A DNA stretch of 64,000 bases. Source: Amoebophrya sp. A120. Its lineage: Eukaryota > Protista > Dinoflagellata. How positions within the stretch are numbered: the first letter of the stretch is position 1; each line of letters opens with the position of its first letter. The translations under genes and the position numbers were made by a program. Below the pieces are notes generated by a model that was not told where the DNA came from, made no database searches, and saw only the letters and a program-made list of their open reading frames with translations. The stretch spans positions 6,910,358 through 6,974,357 of the forward strand of contig CAJINV010000004.1 in NCBI GenBank assembly GCA_905178155.1. Direction: 5' to 3'. Positions 13,801 through 23,833 of the stretch are shown piece by piece.

Positions 13801-16800
13801 ACTTCTCCGCGTCGCGGTTGGCCTTCTATCAAGTGCAAAAGTGTCTGGGTGTGGAAGAGTCTGAGACTTGTCATGCATATTTTGTATGATCCATGGTGCC
13901 TCTAATGCATGATTTAGCATCGCAGATTTTTAGAGGGCTTGCTGATGCCTATTCCGCATGACAAATGCCTTCTCCACCGCTTAGCAAAAATTAGGCTCCT
14001 TTTGCTGCTCGTTGCAACACAAATTTTTTAGACATCCAAATGCAGCATCACAAGTTGCATCCTTCCAGACCCAGACATTTTTGCGGTTGATACTTTCACT
14101 GGGTTATCCTGTGCAAAAGTATCGTACTCGTATAAATTTAAATGCATTACAAATCTCCTCAGCATGAGAAATAAAATTTGTAATGCTGATTCACCTCAAG
14201 GAAAAGATTTGTAATGCATGACTGCAATACAAGTACGATACTTTTGCACAGGATATGGGTGCGCGAGAAAGTTCGCGTTGGCGGGGATCAAGCTGTCTTC
14301 GAGGTTTATCTATGCATTGCGAAACAAGTATCGCCCTTGTTGTACTAATGGCGTTTATGCATTACAAATCTTTTTCTTACGGCAAATCCGCATTACAAAT
14401 TTGATCTTTAATGCGAAGTCAATTTGTAATGCAATTCATACTAGTTGTACGATACTTATGTTGCTGCAGAGCTTATTATCCCCTCATGCCACCCGTGGTC
14501 AAAACCTTCTGCAGAACGCGCTTTCGTGCTCGGATCGAAGTCGGCCTGAGAAGAAGGAAGATGGAGTTCATCTCTCCTGATCACATCACATAAGCTGCTT
14601 TTATTCACTACACGTACTTACACATCACAGCAGCGACTGCAACTACACTCACGATCCGTCTACTACGTATACGAAACATAGAACTCATGTTCTTGCGAAA
14701 GAAACAACCAGAACAAATTCAATTTCAAATCATACCCCAAACACGGTCGAGTTGTGTTGTCTCTGCCGCAGCACTATCAACTGCAAAAATGTCTGGGTCT
14801 GGAAACTTGTCATGCTAGAAATGAATGAGAATGATAGACGCACTGCAATGCGTATGCGCTGCTATGCATGACAAATTTTTTGGCTGCCATGTCTTACGTA
14901 TTTCGCATGGCAAACTGCGTTTTTGCATGACAGATAAGAGGGCCCTTTCGTGCCTATGCAACACAGATTCTCGAGTCATGCCAGACAAGCATGACAAACT
15001 TGCATTCTTCCAGAACCAGACCCAGACATTTTTACATTTAATAAGCACCCTTGCCGCCTCGATGTTCGTGTTTTTGGGCGGGACCGTTGTGGCCCCGTTA
15101 AAGGTCATGCGGTCACTATGGGGGCGTCAGGATTGAAATCGTCAAAGTTGAAATAATTTCTCATGCATAAATTGCAAGGCGTGAAGTGTCTCTCTTGCAG
15201 GGATGGCACGTGGGGCCGACTGTCAGCCTGTTTGGGGTCTGCGATAGAGCTGCTAAAGTAGCATCTCAAAAGACGCCTTCTGTCCTCAAACAGCATGGCA
15301 AACTGGATTTAGACGGTGCCTACATTTGTCATGCACTGCTTAGAAATTGGGATTCCAACTGGTATCCATTTTATGCATTACAAGTTATTTCAACTTTGTC
15401 GAGTTCAATCCTGAGGACACTCCCATAGTCACCTTTGCTCGCTGCAGCCCCGAACGCCCTACTAGCCTCCCAAAAGTCGCGTCCTTCCTGAGATAGTTTG
15501 AACTGTCATCTTCGTTTTTTACTTTATCGGGCATGCGAAAATTTTATTTTATTTTTTGTAGCATCACAAACACAAACTTTTGATATTTCTCACCTTGGAC
15601 GAGCTTGCTGCGTGCCCTCCCGGGAGCAGCTGCAATTCGGACTTCCTCTTCGCATATCAACTGCAAATATGTCTGGGTCTGGAGGACTGTAAACTTGTCA
15701 TGCAGGGTTTCCATGACCCCTGAGGTCTGGAATGCGGGATCTAGCACGACAGACTCTGTGAGGTCACTGTCATGCCTAATACCCTGCATGAGAAACTCCC
15801 TCCCAACTTGGTCGAAAGTCGACAGCTTTTTGCACTCATGCAACACAGATTTTTGCATGATTCGGATTTAGCATGACAAGTTGAAATTTTCCAGACCGAG
15901 ACATATTTGCAATTCATATTGCATCCCGTTCGGAAATCCCGTCGCCTATCCTGTGCAAAAGTATCGTACTCGTTTCGTATAAATGCAAGCCTTGCATTAC
16001 AAATATTTTTCTTAAGGTAAATCAGCATGACAAATTTTATTTCTCTTGCTGAGAAAATTTGTAATGCATTTATACGAATACGATACTTTTGCAGTTCATA
16101 TCGCCGCAGATCAGTCCATGCCCCCCGGAGTATGGAAGCGTCAGGACCGAAATCAACAAAGTCGAAATAATCTGTAACGCATAATTAAAGTGCGACACAA
16201 ACAGCGACTCTATTGCAGAGGATGCAAGGATGAAGGCGGAAGATTATAGCCCTGGTAAGGGTCAGGCTGGTGCTGACTAGCATGACAGAAGGGAGCTCTT
16301 TTGCGTCAAACGCATGACAGATCCGCTTTTCCAGGACGGGGGAAATTTGTCATGCGCCGACTACAGACAGCGTTTCTATCTCTAAACTAGCACCGATTTT
16401 GTGCATCACAGTCACACATTTTTTGATGTTGTTGATTTCGATCCTGACACCCTGATACCGAGTGCGCGATCTTTATTTGCTGGGCGGTTGGCATTTCTTA
16501 TGAACTCCAAAAGTATCGTACTTGTATAAATGCATTACAAATTTTCTCAGCATGAAAAATAAAATTTGCCATGCTGATTTACCTTAAGAAAATTATTTGC
16601 AATGCAAGACCTGCATTTATACGAGTGCGATACTTTTGCACAGGATATTTCTAGGTTGGGAACGAATTCCGCCTGGGCCTGCTTGTTCACGTTCCACAGG
16701 ACTTCCTGCAGTATTGATACAGATTGGTATTCGTGGCAGCCATTGCACCTTCATGCACCAGAATTGCAAAACGACATGACTCAGTGACTGCACTCATGCT

Positions 16801-17325
16801 CCTCCTGCTGTATGTGCAGGGAACAATTGCATCATCAAAATCTACTTCTGTACTTACCCTTTGCCTCCTCGGGTCATAGATGCTCGCGTTTGAGGGGCCG
16901 CCGTCGTCGAAGATGCTGCTCTGCTGCATGACCATTTTCCTTTCCTTGTGTATGGATGTGTCAGGATCGAAATCGACAAAATCGAAAAAATTTGTGATGC
17001 GTAAAATGTAGGGCACTGAAGGCCTGTATTGGGGAGCAGGAAATAAATGAGACCGATTCTGAGCCTGTTTGGCAGGGGTATGCAATGTGCTGCAAGAGTA
17101 GCATGACAGGAGGAGTCTTCTTTGCCCAAACACCATGACAGACTGGATTTGGATTCTCCCAAAATTTGTCATGCGCCACTTAGAAACTGAGGCTCCAACT
17201 GACATCGATTTTGTGCATCACAAATTTTTCGATTTTGTCAATTTCGATTCTGACACTCTCATATTGTGGTTTAAATGTTGGGGCCAGGACCGCGGCGGCG
17301 AGGCGCCGCGTCGGGTCGTGGACAT
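10858..17325 (-). CDS. Hypothetical protein with recurring RK..EL/S.[IV]FG motifs (DUF4057/Jupiter-like, possibly microtubule-associated)
   Basis: Not visible in the ORF track. Assembled from MSTTRRGASPP to RKQLELRGNF* across 18 introners and about 5 canonical introns. One junction (~11930-12125) is not resolved. Confidence 0.7.
10925..11159. mobile_element. Introner family F (degenerate ends)
   Basis: TSD ccctc/ccctc; gttctcaactgttaca inverted repeat. Confidence 0.8.
11313..11625. mobile_element. Introner family E
   Basis: TIRs; TSD tttgg/tttgg. Confidence 0.9.
11707..11832. mobile_element. Introner family B (internally deleted)
   Basis: TIRs; TSD ccttg/ccgtg. Confidence 0.85.
12190..12347. 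mobile_element. Introner family B
   Basis: TIRs; TSD gctgc/gctgc. Confidence 0.9.
12400..12653. mobile_element. Introner family A
   Basis: TIRs; TSD tttct/tttct. Confidence 0.9.
12749..12941. mobile_element. Introner family G
   Basis: TSD aggta/aggta; left end TCT instead of TAT. Confidence 0.8.
13005..13196 (-). other. Canonical GT-AG intron
   Basis: ttc g|GTATAA...TTTGCTAG|gt ccc keeps the frame SDIFGPVDP. Confidence 0.65.
13314..13503. mobile_element. Introner family B-like
   Basis: TSD gaacc/gaacc; tatgcattgcaaaa...ttttgcacaggata. Confidence 0.85.
13510..13784. mobile_element. Introner family A
   Basis: TIRs; TSD aaccg/aaccg, overlapping the neighbour's TSD. Confidence 0.9.
13827..14092. 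mobile_element. Introner family A
   Basis: TIRs; TSD ccttc/ctttc. Confidence 0.9.
14105..14255. mobile_element. Introner family B
   Basis: Near-perfect TIRs; TSD tgggt/tgggt. Confidence 0.9.
14311..14475. mobile_element. Introner family B (degenerate right end)
   Basis: TSD ttatc/ttatc; frame HEGINLED restored. Confidence 0.75.
14546..14735 (-). other. Canonical GT-AG intron
   Basis: ttt ggg|GTATGA...CTTCTTCTCAG|gcc gac; pyrimidine tract; in frame. Confidence 0.65.
14775..15043. mobile_element. Introner family A
   Basis: TIRs; TSD agcac/agcac. Confidence 0.9.
15117..15427. mobile_element. Introner family E
   Basis: TIRs; TSD gtcac/gtcac. Confidence 0.9.
15488..15593 (-). other. Canonical GT-AG intron
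   Basis: aag|GTGAGA...TATCTCAG|gaa; in frame; contains gcatcacaaa. Confidence 0.7.
15655..15918. mobile_element. Introner family A
   Basis: TIRs; TSD tcgca/ttgca. Confidence 0.9.
15947..16100. mobile_element. Introner family B
   Basis: TIRs; TSD tcgcc/tcgcc. Confidence 0.9.
16131..16457. mobile_element. Introner family E (interior D-like)
   Basis: E-type TIRs; TSD cggag/ccgag. Confidence 0.85.
16499..16647. mobile_element. Introner family B
   Basis: TIRs; TSD tttct/tttct. Confidence 0.9.
16706..16857 (-). other. Canonical GT-AG intron
   Basis: agg|GTAAGT...CTGCAG|gaa; in frame. Confidence 0.75.
16951..17263. mobile_element. Introner family E
   Basis: TIRs; TSD ttgtg/ttgtg. Confidence 0.9.
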
Positions 17326-17413
17326 ACTTAAAAATCGGGAAGTTGGTGGCGCGGTTTTTCCGTGCGTGTTATCACAATTTCTTTTCTGGCAATCGATGAA
17401 ATTGTTCAAGCCC

Positions 17414-17476
17414 TGTAGTAGTTCTTCCTGCACTCGTCCTCGCCATGTAGAAGTTCTTCCTGCACTCGTCCTCGCC
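17414..17476. repeat. 31-bp tandem duplication
   Basis: tgtag(t/a)agttcttcctgcactcgtcctcgcc twice, just upstream of gene 2. Confidence 0.85.
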
Positions 17477-18029
17477 TCCGAAGTAAAATGTCGACGTTTG
17501 TCGTTGTCCACCTCTCCTTCTCGTCCGCAATGATGCTCTTCGTGCCCACGACTACACTGGCTACTGAAAGACCATGACCACTGCGCAATCAGGACGATAA
17601 GTAGTCTCACTTGGAGGACATGCGAATAGGATTTTGTGCTCCTTCTTGTTCTTCTTGCGAAGAAGATGCTTTGCAACTTCTACATCTAGTACTCCCATGA
17701 GAAATAAAGATTTTAAGAAGATGATTTGAACAATACAACCAGCTCACGGATGAACAACTTTGATAGGGTTGCACTTCATCTCCTGTGCTGCTCAGGAGTT
17801 TAGTAAGTACTGTCAAGGCCAACAACGTCGTAGCTTACGCATTTTCATCGTCAAGAGCGTAAGTGCAGCTAAGAAGTCAGCTTCTCTGGCAAGACAGCCT
17901 CGTCTCTCAATCGATCAGATAGCCTCGCGGGATCTTTTTACAGTATAGTGAGGCACGTAGCCCACTTACTAGGAGGACAGGAGCAAATAGAAGAAAGACG
18001 AACTCAAGCTGCCAAACCTGCGGTACAGG

Positions 18030-21000
18030 TCAGGACAAGGACCCTGAAAACGTGGTCCTTGTACAACGAGGTTGACCGCAAATAGCACAATATCCGGCAA
18101 CATCTTCAGAGGAGAGTGCAACTACACGACCGTTGGTGTCACCATCTGCTTCATGAGGCACCAAAAAATTTTCACGAAGGTACTTTTCAACGTCAGGATC
18201 TCGACGTCCCGTTGTCATCTTCAGACTTCCTTGATCACTATCACTGGGATCGTGAGCGGCCATCGTGGTGACAGTCATCAGCATTCCATCGTGGAAGTCG
18301 TCAACGATTTTCATTTCATGGGTGTAATTCCAGTTCTGCATATTATGCATAATCTCCGACTTCTCGAACTGCTCATTTTCAAAAAACAACTCCCTCGGAA
18401 AGAAGTGCTCACTTAGTTTTCTCTTCTGCAGTGTCGTCAAAGCCTTTACCACAGCCCAGCCCTCAAACTGCCGTACCCGATCACGAAGCAGGCGGTAGAG
18501 CGCGTCTTCTTGTTGGGACAGGACGACCTGATGTGCAGTTGTCACGCTTGAGGTTGTAGTTCCCATAGTGTTATGCATTGCAAAAGTATCGTACTAGTAC
18601 AAATCGCAATACAAGTTGGCTCAGCATTACAAATCAAATTTGCAATGCGGATTTACCTAACCAACTAGATTTGTAATGCATAGCTGCGATGACTACGAGT
18701 ACGATACTTTTGCACAGGATAGTTGTCCCCCGTGCCATCTTCTGTCCTTGCGGACGTTGCGTTCTTGCTGCTCCGTCCAACAGCTGTGCCAGGTCCTCGT
18801 TCATGATCATGTCGTTCGCTGATAAATTCAAACCCTCGCTCTAACCACGCCGGAATGGCGCGGAGGGTATCCCAGAAAAAACGTGTCACAGTTACACATT
18901 TGATGTTGGAATTTCAACAGCGACACAAACTTGCTCTGCGTGGAGGAAAAAAGAAAAACCTGTTGGACGGCGCAGCTTATAAGAGAAATCACGCATATAA
19001 ATGAGGCTGGGAAGGAGCATTATTTCCGGCATGACAGAGTCAGAGGTTGCGTTGTCTGTCTTGCTTGTCTTGCAACAAGGTGTGTCACTGCAGTAACACT
19101 TTTTTCTCACGATAGAAGGGTATTTGTGGCCACTTATGCAAGAAAAAAACTGTGTTAGCGTAGGATAGGTGTCTTGCGGTAAGAGCATGACAAATTTGCC
19201 CTGAATGACAGAGAAACTATCCTGTCATGCGCAGCTACACAGTATGTGAAAAAAAAGGGAGAAAAGAGAACGCTATCACTATAACTGGCTAGCATGAGCA
19301 TGACAAGTGTAACTGTTTTGGATTTTCTGCATCACAGAGTTATACTTACACGAGCTTTTTTCTTCGTATACCAGTAGCGTCCCATGTACTCCGCGGCGAA
19401 AGCTAGGTACAGGAGGGTATGAAGTGCAACTATGTCTCCGCCTGGAAGACGAGTGTAACGTCTGTCATGCACAATTTGCATGACCCATGATGTCTGATGT
19501 GAAGCCTGCTCTAGCATCACAGACTTTGTGAGGGCATTCTTATCTCTATACCGCATGAGAAACGGCTCCTCTCGGCGTAGCAAAAACTGGACCTCTTTCG
19601 CTGTTCATGCAATACACAGATTTGATGGAGACGAGTCCAGTGGTAGCTACATCTTCTTCACAAGTTGCATCCTTCCAGACCCGGATGACATAGTTGCAAT
19701 TATGCATAGAAGGAGCGGAATCCCAACCGTTGCTCATTCGCCGCCCACGCACGGTTATCAAATGTAAAAATGTCTGGGTCTGGAAGAGTGGAGACTTGTC
19801 ATGCAGATTTTCCATCACCCATGAGGTCTGGAATGCGGGACTTAGCATGACAGACTCAGCGAGGCCTCTGCCATGCCTATTCTGCATGAGAAACTCCGCT
19901 CCAACTTGGTCAAAAGTGGACAGCTTTTGGCACTCATGCAACACAGATTTTTGCATGCTTCAGATTTACCATGACAAGTTGCAATCTTCCAGACCCAGAC
20001 ATTTTTGCAATTCATAACGGTCCTTCCAGTGGAAGTGGCTGCAGAGGACCCAGTCGCGACGGGGAACGGGAAGATGGCTATACTGGTCTACTACTTCTTA
20101 TGGAAGCGTCAGGATTGAAATCGTCAAAGTTGAAATAGTTTGTGATGCAGAAAATGGATACCAGTTGGACCCGCAGTTTCTAGTCGGTGCATGACAAATT
20201 TTGTCCATACCGAAAGCGAGTTTGTCATGCTGTTCAGGGCAAAGGGGCTCCCATCTGTGATGCTAGTCAGCAGCCCAATTCTCGACCCTTACCAGCACTG
20301 CAATCTGCCTCCCTTGCGTCCTCTGCACTAGAGGCAGCCTTTGCGTTGCATTTTCTACATGACAAACTATTTCAACTTTAACGATTTCAATTCTGACACT
20401 CCCATACTTCTGCCTGTTTTCTCGTCGTCCCAACGTACCTTGCGACCGTCTTCCTCCCATTGTACTCTGCCGTGATCTTTTTCATTTCCAAGTTGTGGCT
20501 CAGCGACTGCATTTTCTTCGCGGGAGATAGAGAAGAAGAAGATGCAAATGGCCCAACGGATGTTGAAAAAAAGCTGCGTGTTGACGCAAAGCCGTCACCA
20601 CCAGTGCCAGCTGAAAGAAGGGGTGTTTATCAAATGCAAATATGTAGTCCGGGTCTGGAAGGATGCAAGGTTTGCCATGCACATGTTGCATTACTCCTGA
20701 TGTCTGTGATCCATGTTCTAGCATCACAGATTTTGTGAGGGCTTCCTGATGCCTATACAGCATGAGAAATGCCCTCTCGCCGTCGCGAAAACTGGACCTC
20801 TTTATTTGCTGTTCACGCAATACAGATTTTTTTAGAATCCAAACACAGCATGACAAGTTTGGATCCTCTTCCAGACCTAGACATAGTATTTGCAATGCAT
20901 AGAGTTTGAAAGTTCAAATTCTGCGGGCCGTCGATCCACGGACGATCGAAGATTGACGTATGAAAGCCTCAGATTGGAAATCCTCAAAGTGGAAATACTT

Positions 21001-23028
21001 TGTATATGCAAAAAAACGACTCCAGTTGAAGCGCCATTTATTGTAGTCGGCGCATGACAAATTTCCCGGGCACTTAAAGCATGTCTGTCATGCAGGTTAA
21101 GGCAAAGGGGTGCCCTTCTCTCGTGCTAAGCAGCACTCCAATTCTTCACCCCTAGCAGGATAATAGTCGGCCTCCATTGCGTCCTCTGCAATACAGTCTC
21201 TCTTGCGTCGCATTCCATGCATCAGAAATTATTTCCACTTTGAGGATTTCCATTCTGAGGCCTTCATAAGACTTGTGATGACCGCTGCTAGCAGCACCGA
21301 CTGCGCAAGTCGAAGATGAGGAAGGTGATGAAGCAGGTACAAGGAGACCATTATCGTCGTGCTCCAGCGTCAAGTAGTGTATTTCTTGTTCCCCGTTTCT
21401 TCTACCGAGCATTCTACTGGTCATTCTCCTGACCCCCACGGTCCAAGGAAAGTAGTTGTTCAGCCGACTCCAGGGCAGCACCGCAAACCCGTCCGGAAAA
21501 CGCTTCATGAGGAGCAGCAGAGACAAAGGATCGTACCCGTAGTATGGGTAGGAACAGGTCGTAGTGGTGGTTGTCGGCGCAGCCTTGCTTCCAGTACCAG
21601 TAGTACTGCTTGCTAGTTCATCAACACCCACCTCACTGCCAACATTGGCCGCGGTTTTTCTTCTTCTTGCAGCCGGATCATAGAAACACTTCCACTGCAG
21701 CTCCCGGGCACGGATTTCGGAGTCTTGCCGCTGATGCAGTAGCGTTGCTTCACCTGCTGATGAGGGATCCGGAGCGGGTTCCCACTTCTGTGGAGGCGCC
21801 ACACTCATTTCAGTCTCGCTGCCGTCTCCATGATTTTTCGCGAAAACAAACCAAAGTTTTCTCACACTCTCCAAGTAGTGCTGTTTCCAATATCGCAACA
21901 ACTGAAACCCCCGCTCCCCGCGTGCCAGGAAGGAATTCGTGTGCGGGAGAAACAAACTCCTGCCGTCCGCGTCTGATGGGCCGACGACGAAGCCGTAGTC
22001 CGGGGCCATAGATTCCGGGAAAAGTTCCTCTAATCGAACGTCGTGCGCATGCCACACTGCATCGGAGTCGAGGAAGAGGACCTGGATATCGTTATCCTGA
22101 GTAAAAACGTACCCACGCCAGAGTTGTAATGCAGATTTGCAAAGACAGGAAGACTTGTAATGCGCAACCCGATGAGAGCCATTTCCAGTCGTGTTTTGGA
22201 ATTTGTGATGCTGTGAACAGGATGAGCAGATGAATCTGTGATGCGGCTGCATTTGCTAACCTGCACTACGCTGCATAGTGCGCCTTGTCATGCGTGACTC
22301 ACAAAACACATAGGTTTGCGTTGCAAAATCCTCATCCTGACTCTGGTGTGGGTACGTTTTTACTCAGGATAATCGTTCTTAGAAGTTGCAATTGCTACGC
22401 TGGTAGTCCTCGTGCCGGTTTCGGTAGCTGCCAAACACGAAGAGCTGCTGGCACCAGAGGTTCTTTTTGAGTTCGTTGTCACGTACGTGCCTGCCTTTGT
22501 TGTCACCGTCTCTCTTATTTTTGCCACTGTTTCAGCATCAACGGCATGTGCAGCCGGGGGCGTAGAAGTTGGAGTTTTCCTAACCTTCTTGATGTTGGGA
22601 GAGGAACTCGAAGAAGAAGTGTCGGCAGCACGACACGACGCCGCTCCTGTAGCTTGTTTTCCAAGTAGTACTTCTTCGAAAATCGCGTTCGCAAGGAACA
22701 CCTTAATCCAGGTCGGCGGAACGAGATCGTCGAAACTGCTCGATTGGTAAAACCGGTACTCATAATCTTCATGTCGCTCGGCGTAGAGGCTATTGACCCT
22801 GCGGAAGCCAGGGAGAAACGGAATTTCCTCATCGTCGCGGCGGTCATAGGAGAAGATGATAGTGCGGCGAGGAACGACCGGTGGGCGGTCGGGTGCTGTC
22901 GCTGGTCCATCTAGCTCGGCGCGCGATGACGCTCCTGCGACACAGGAACAACTACACAAAAAGCATAAAAGGCGAACAGTGCGAGTCCATAGAATGGAAA
23001 CTGACCCACACGAGCTCCTGGTGACCAT
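18030..23028 (-). CDS. Putative GT-A (DXD) glycosyltransferase, GT34-like; paralog 1
   Basis: N-terminal hydrophobic segment, YAERHEDYEY, PPTWIKV, VLFLDSDAV, TNSF...G.QLLRYW. Assembled in frame across 9 introners. Confidence 0.65.
18572..18721. mobile_element. Introner family B
   Basis: TIRs; TSD agtgt/gttgt (degenerate). Confidence 0.85.
18868..19114. mobile_element. Introner family G
   Basis: TSD gaggg/gaagg. Confidence 0.85.
19135..19370. mobile_element. Introner family G
   Basis: TSD ccact/ccagt. Confidence 0.85.
19418..19708. mobile_element. Introner family A (diverged)
   Basis: TSD gaggg/gaagg. Confidence 0.85.
19756..20016. mobile_element. Introner family A
   Basis: TIRs; TSD acggt/acggt. 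Confidence 0.9.
20099..20406. mobile_element. Introner family E
   Basis: TIRs; TSD cttct/cttct. Confidence 0.9.
20628..20901. mobile_element. Introner family A
   Basis: TIRs; TSD gtgtt/gagtt. Confidence 0.85.
20959..21268. mobile_element. Introner family D
   Basis: TIRs; TSD tgacg/agact (degenerate). Confidence 0.85.
22093..22371. mobile_element. Introner family C
   Basis: ~30-bp TIRs; TSD atcgt/atcgt. Confidence 0.92.
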
Positions 23029-23833
23029 GGTTCTTGGGGCCGATCCTCTGCAGCTCAAAATCAGGTCGTCTACGAAGCGGTTTTTACTGGGGGCCGGCTA
23101 TGCGGTCGTGTCGTTAAGTAAATGTAAATGACGAAAAGGAAATAATTAAACCAAAGCGAGTTGCAGTTGTGCCGAGCCCGAGGCACGAGCACGACATAAG
23201 GAGGAGATTTTCATCGTCTACTTCCGTGGATCACACATGCCTACGCAAGCGTCAATAATGAATACTCTAAGGCATCAAGACACACGACCAGAAGTCGCAG
23301 CTCTAGCAAGACATAGTGGTCGTAGTTTGCCACCCATTCATTACCATGGCCTGAAATCACGTATCTGAATCAGGCGGCCACACCGACACGAGCTTGCAAC
23401 GCATGAGCATGATCATCTGCTTCGCTGGGAATGCGAATGCATTGCGCGTTGCAGCCAGCCTATTGGCGAAAAGACGGCGGGGTAACTACTGGGGCTGGAC
23501 CAATGCACTGAAAATAGAAAGAGTGGAGCCAGGTGGCCCGCTCCGCCCCGCCGGCCGAACAAAACTAACGCTAGGAGCATGCACACAGCACGCGCCGACC
23601 GTCCGACGGTCGAAGAAAACGCTAGGGATCATCGGCATGACGCTTCTGTGGTGCAACAGCCTGTTGGAGACGATGCGACGGACTGCAAATGAAGCTGCAA
23701 CATCCAGAAAAACCAGAAATTATAAAAGCGCAGTCTACAACATCCATATCACCCTACCTACTTTCCTTGCTCAAAACAAGCCAATGGAAAGCGATTATTT
23801 CAACAATAACGCAAGGACCCTCCCTTCACTAAG

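Noticed and set aside
14476-14571. MNSIFLLLRP... as the start of a separate gene
   Set aside because: That frame hits TAA in the TSD; another frame links cleanly to upstream exons.
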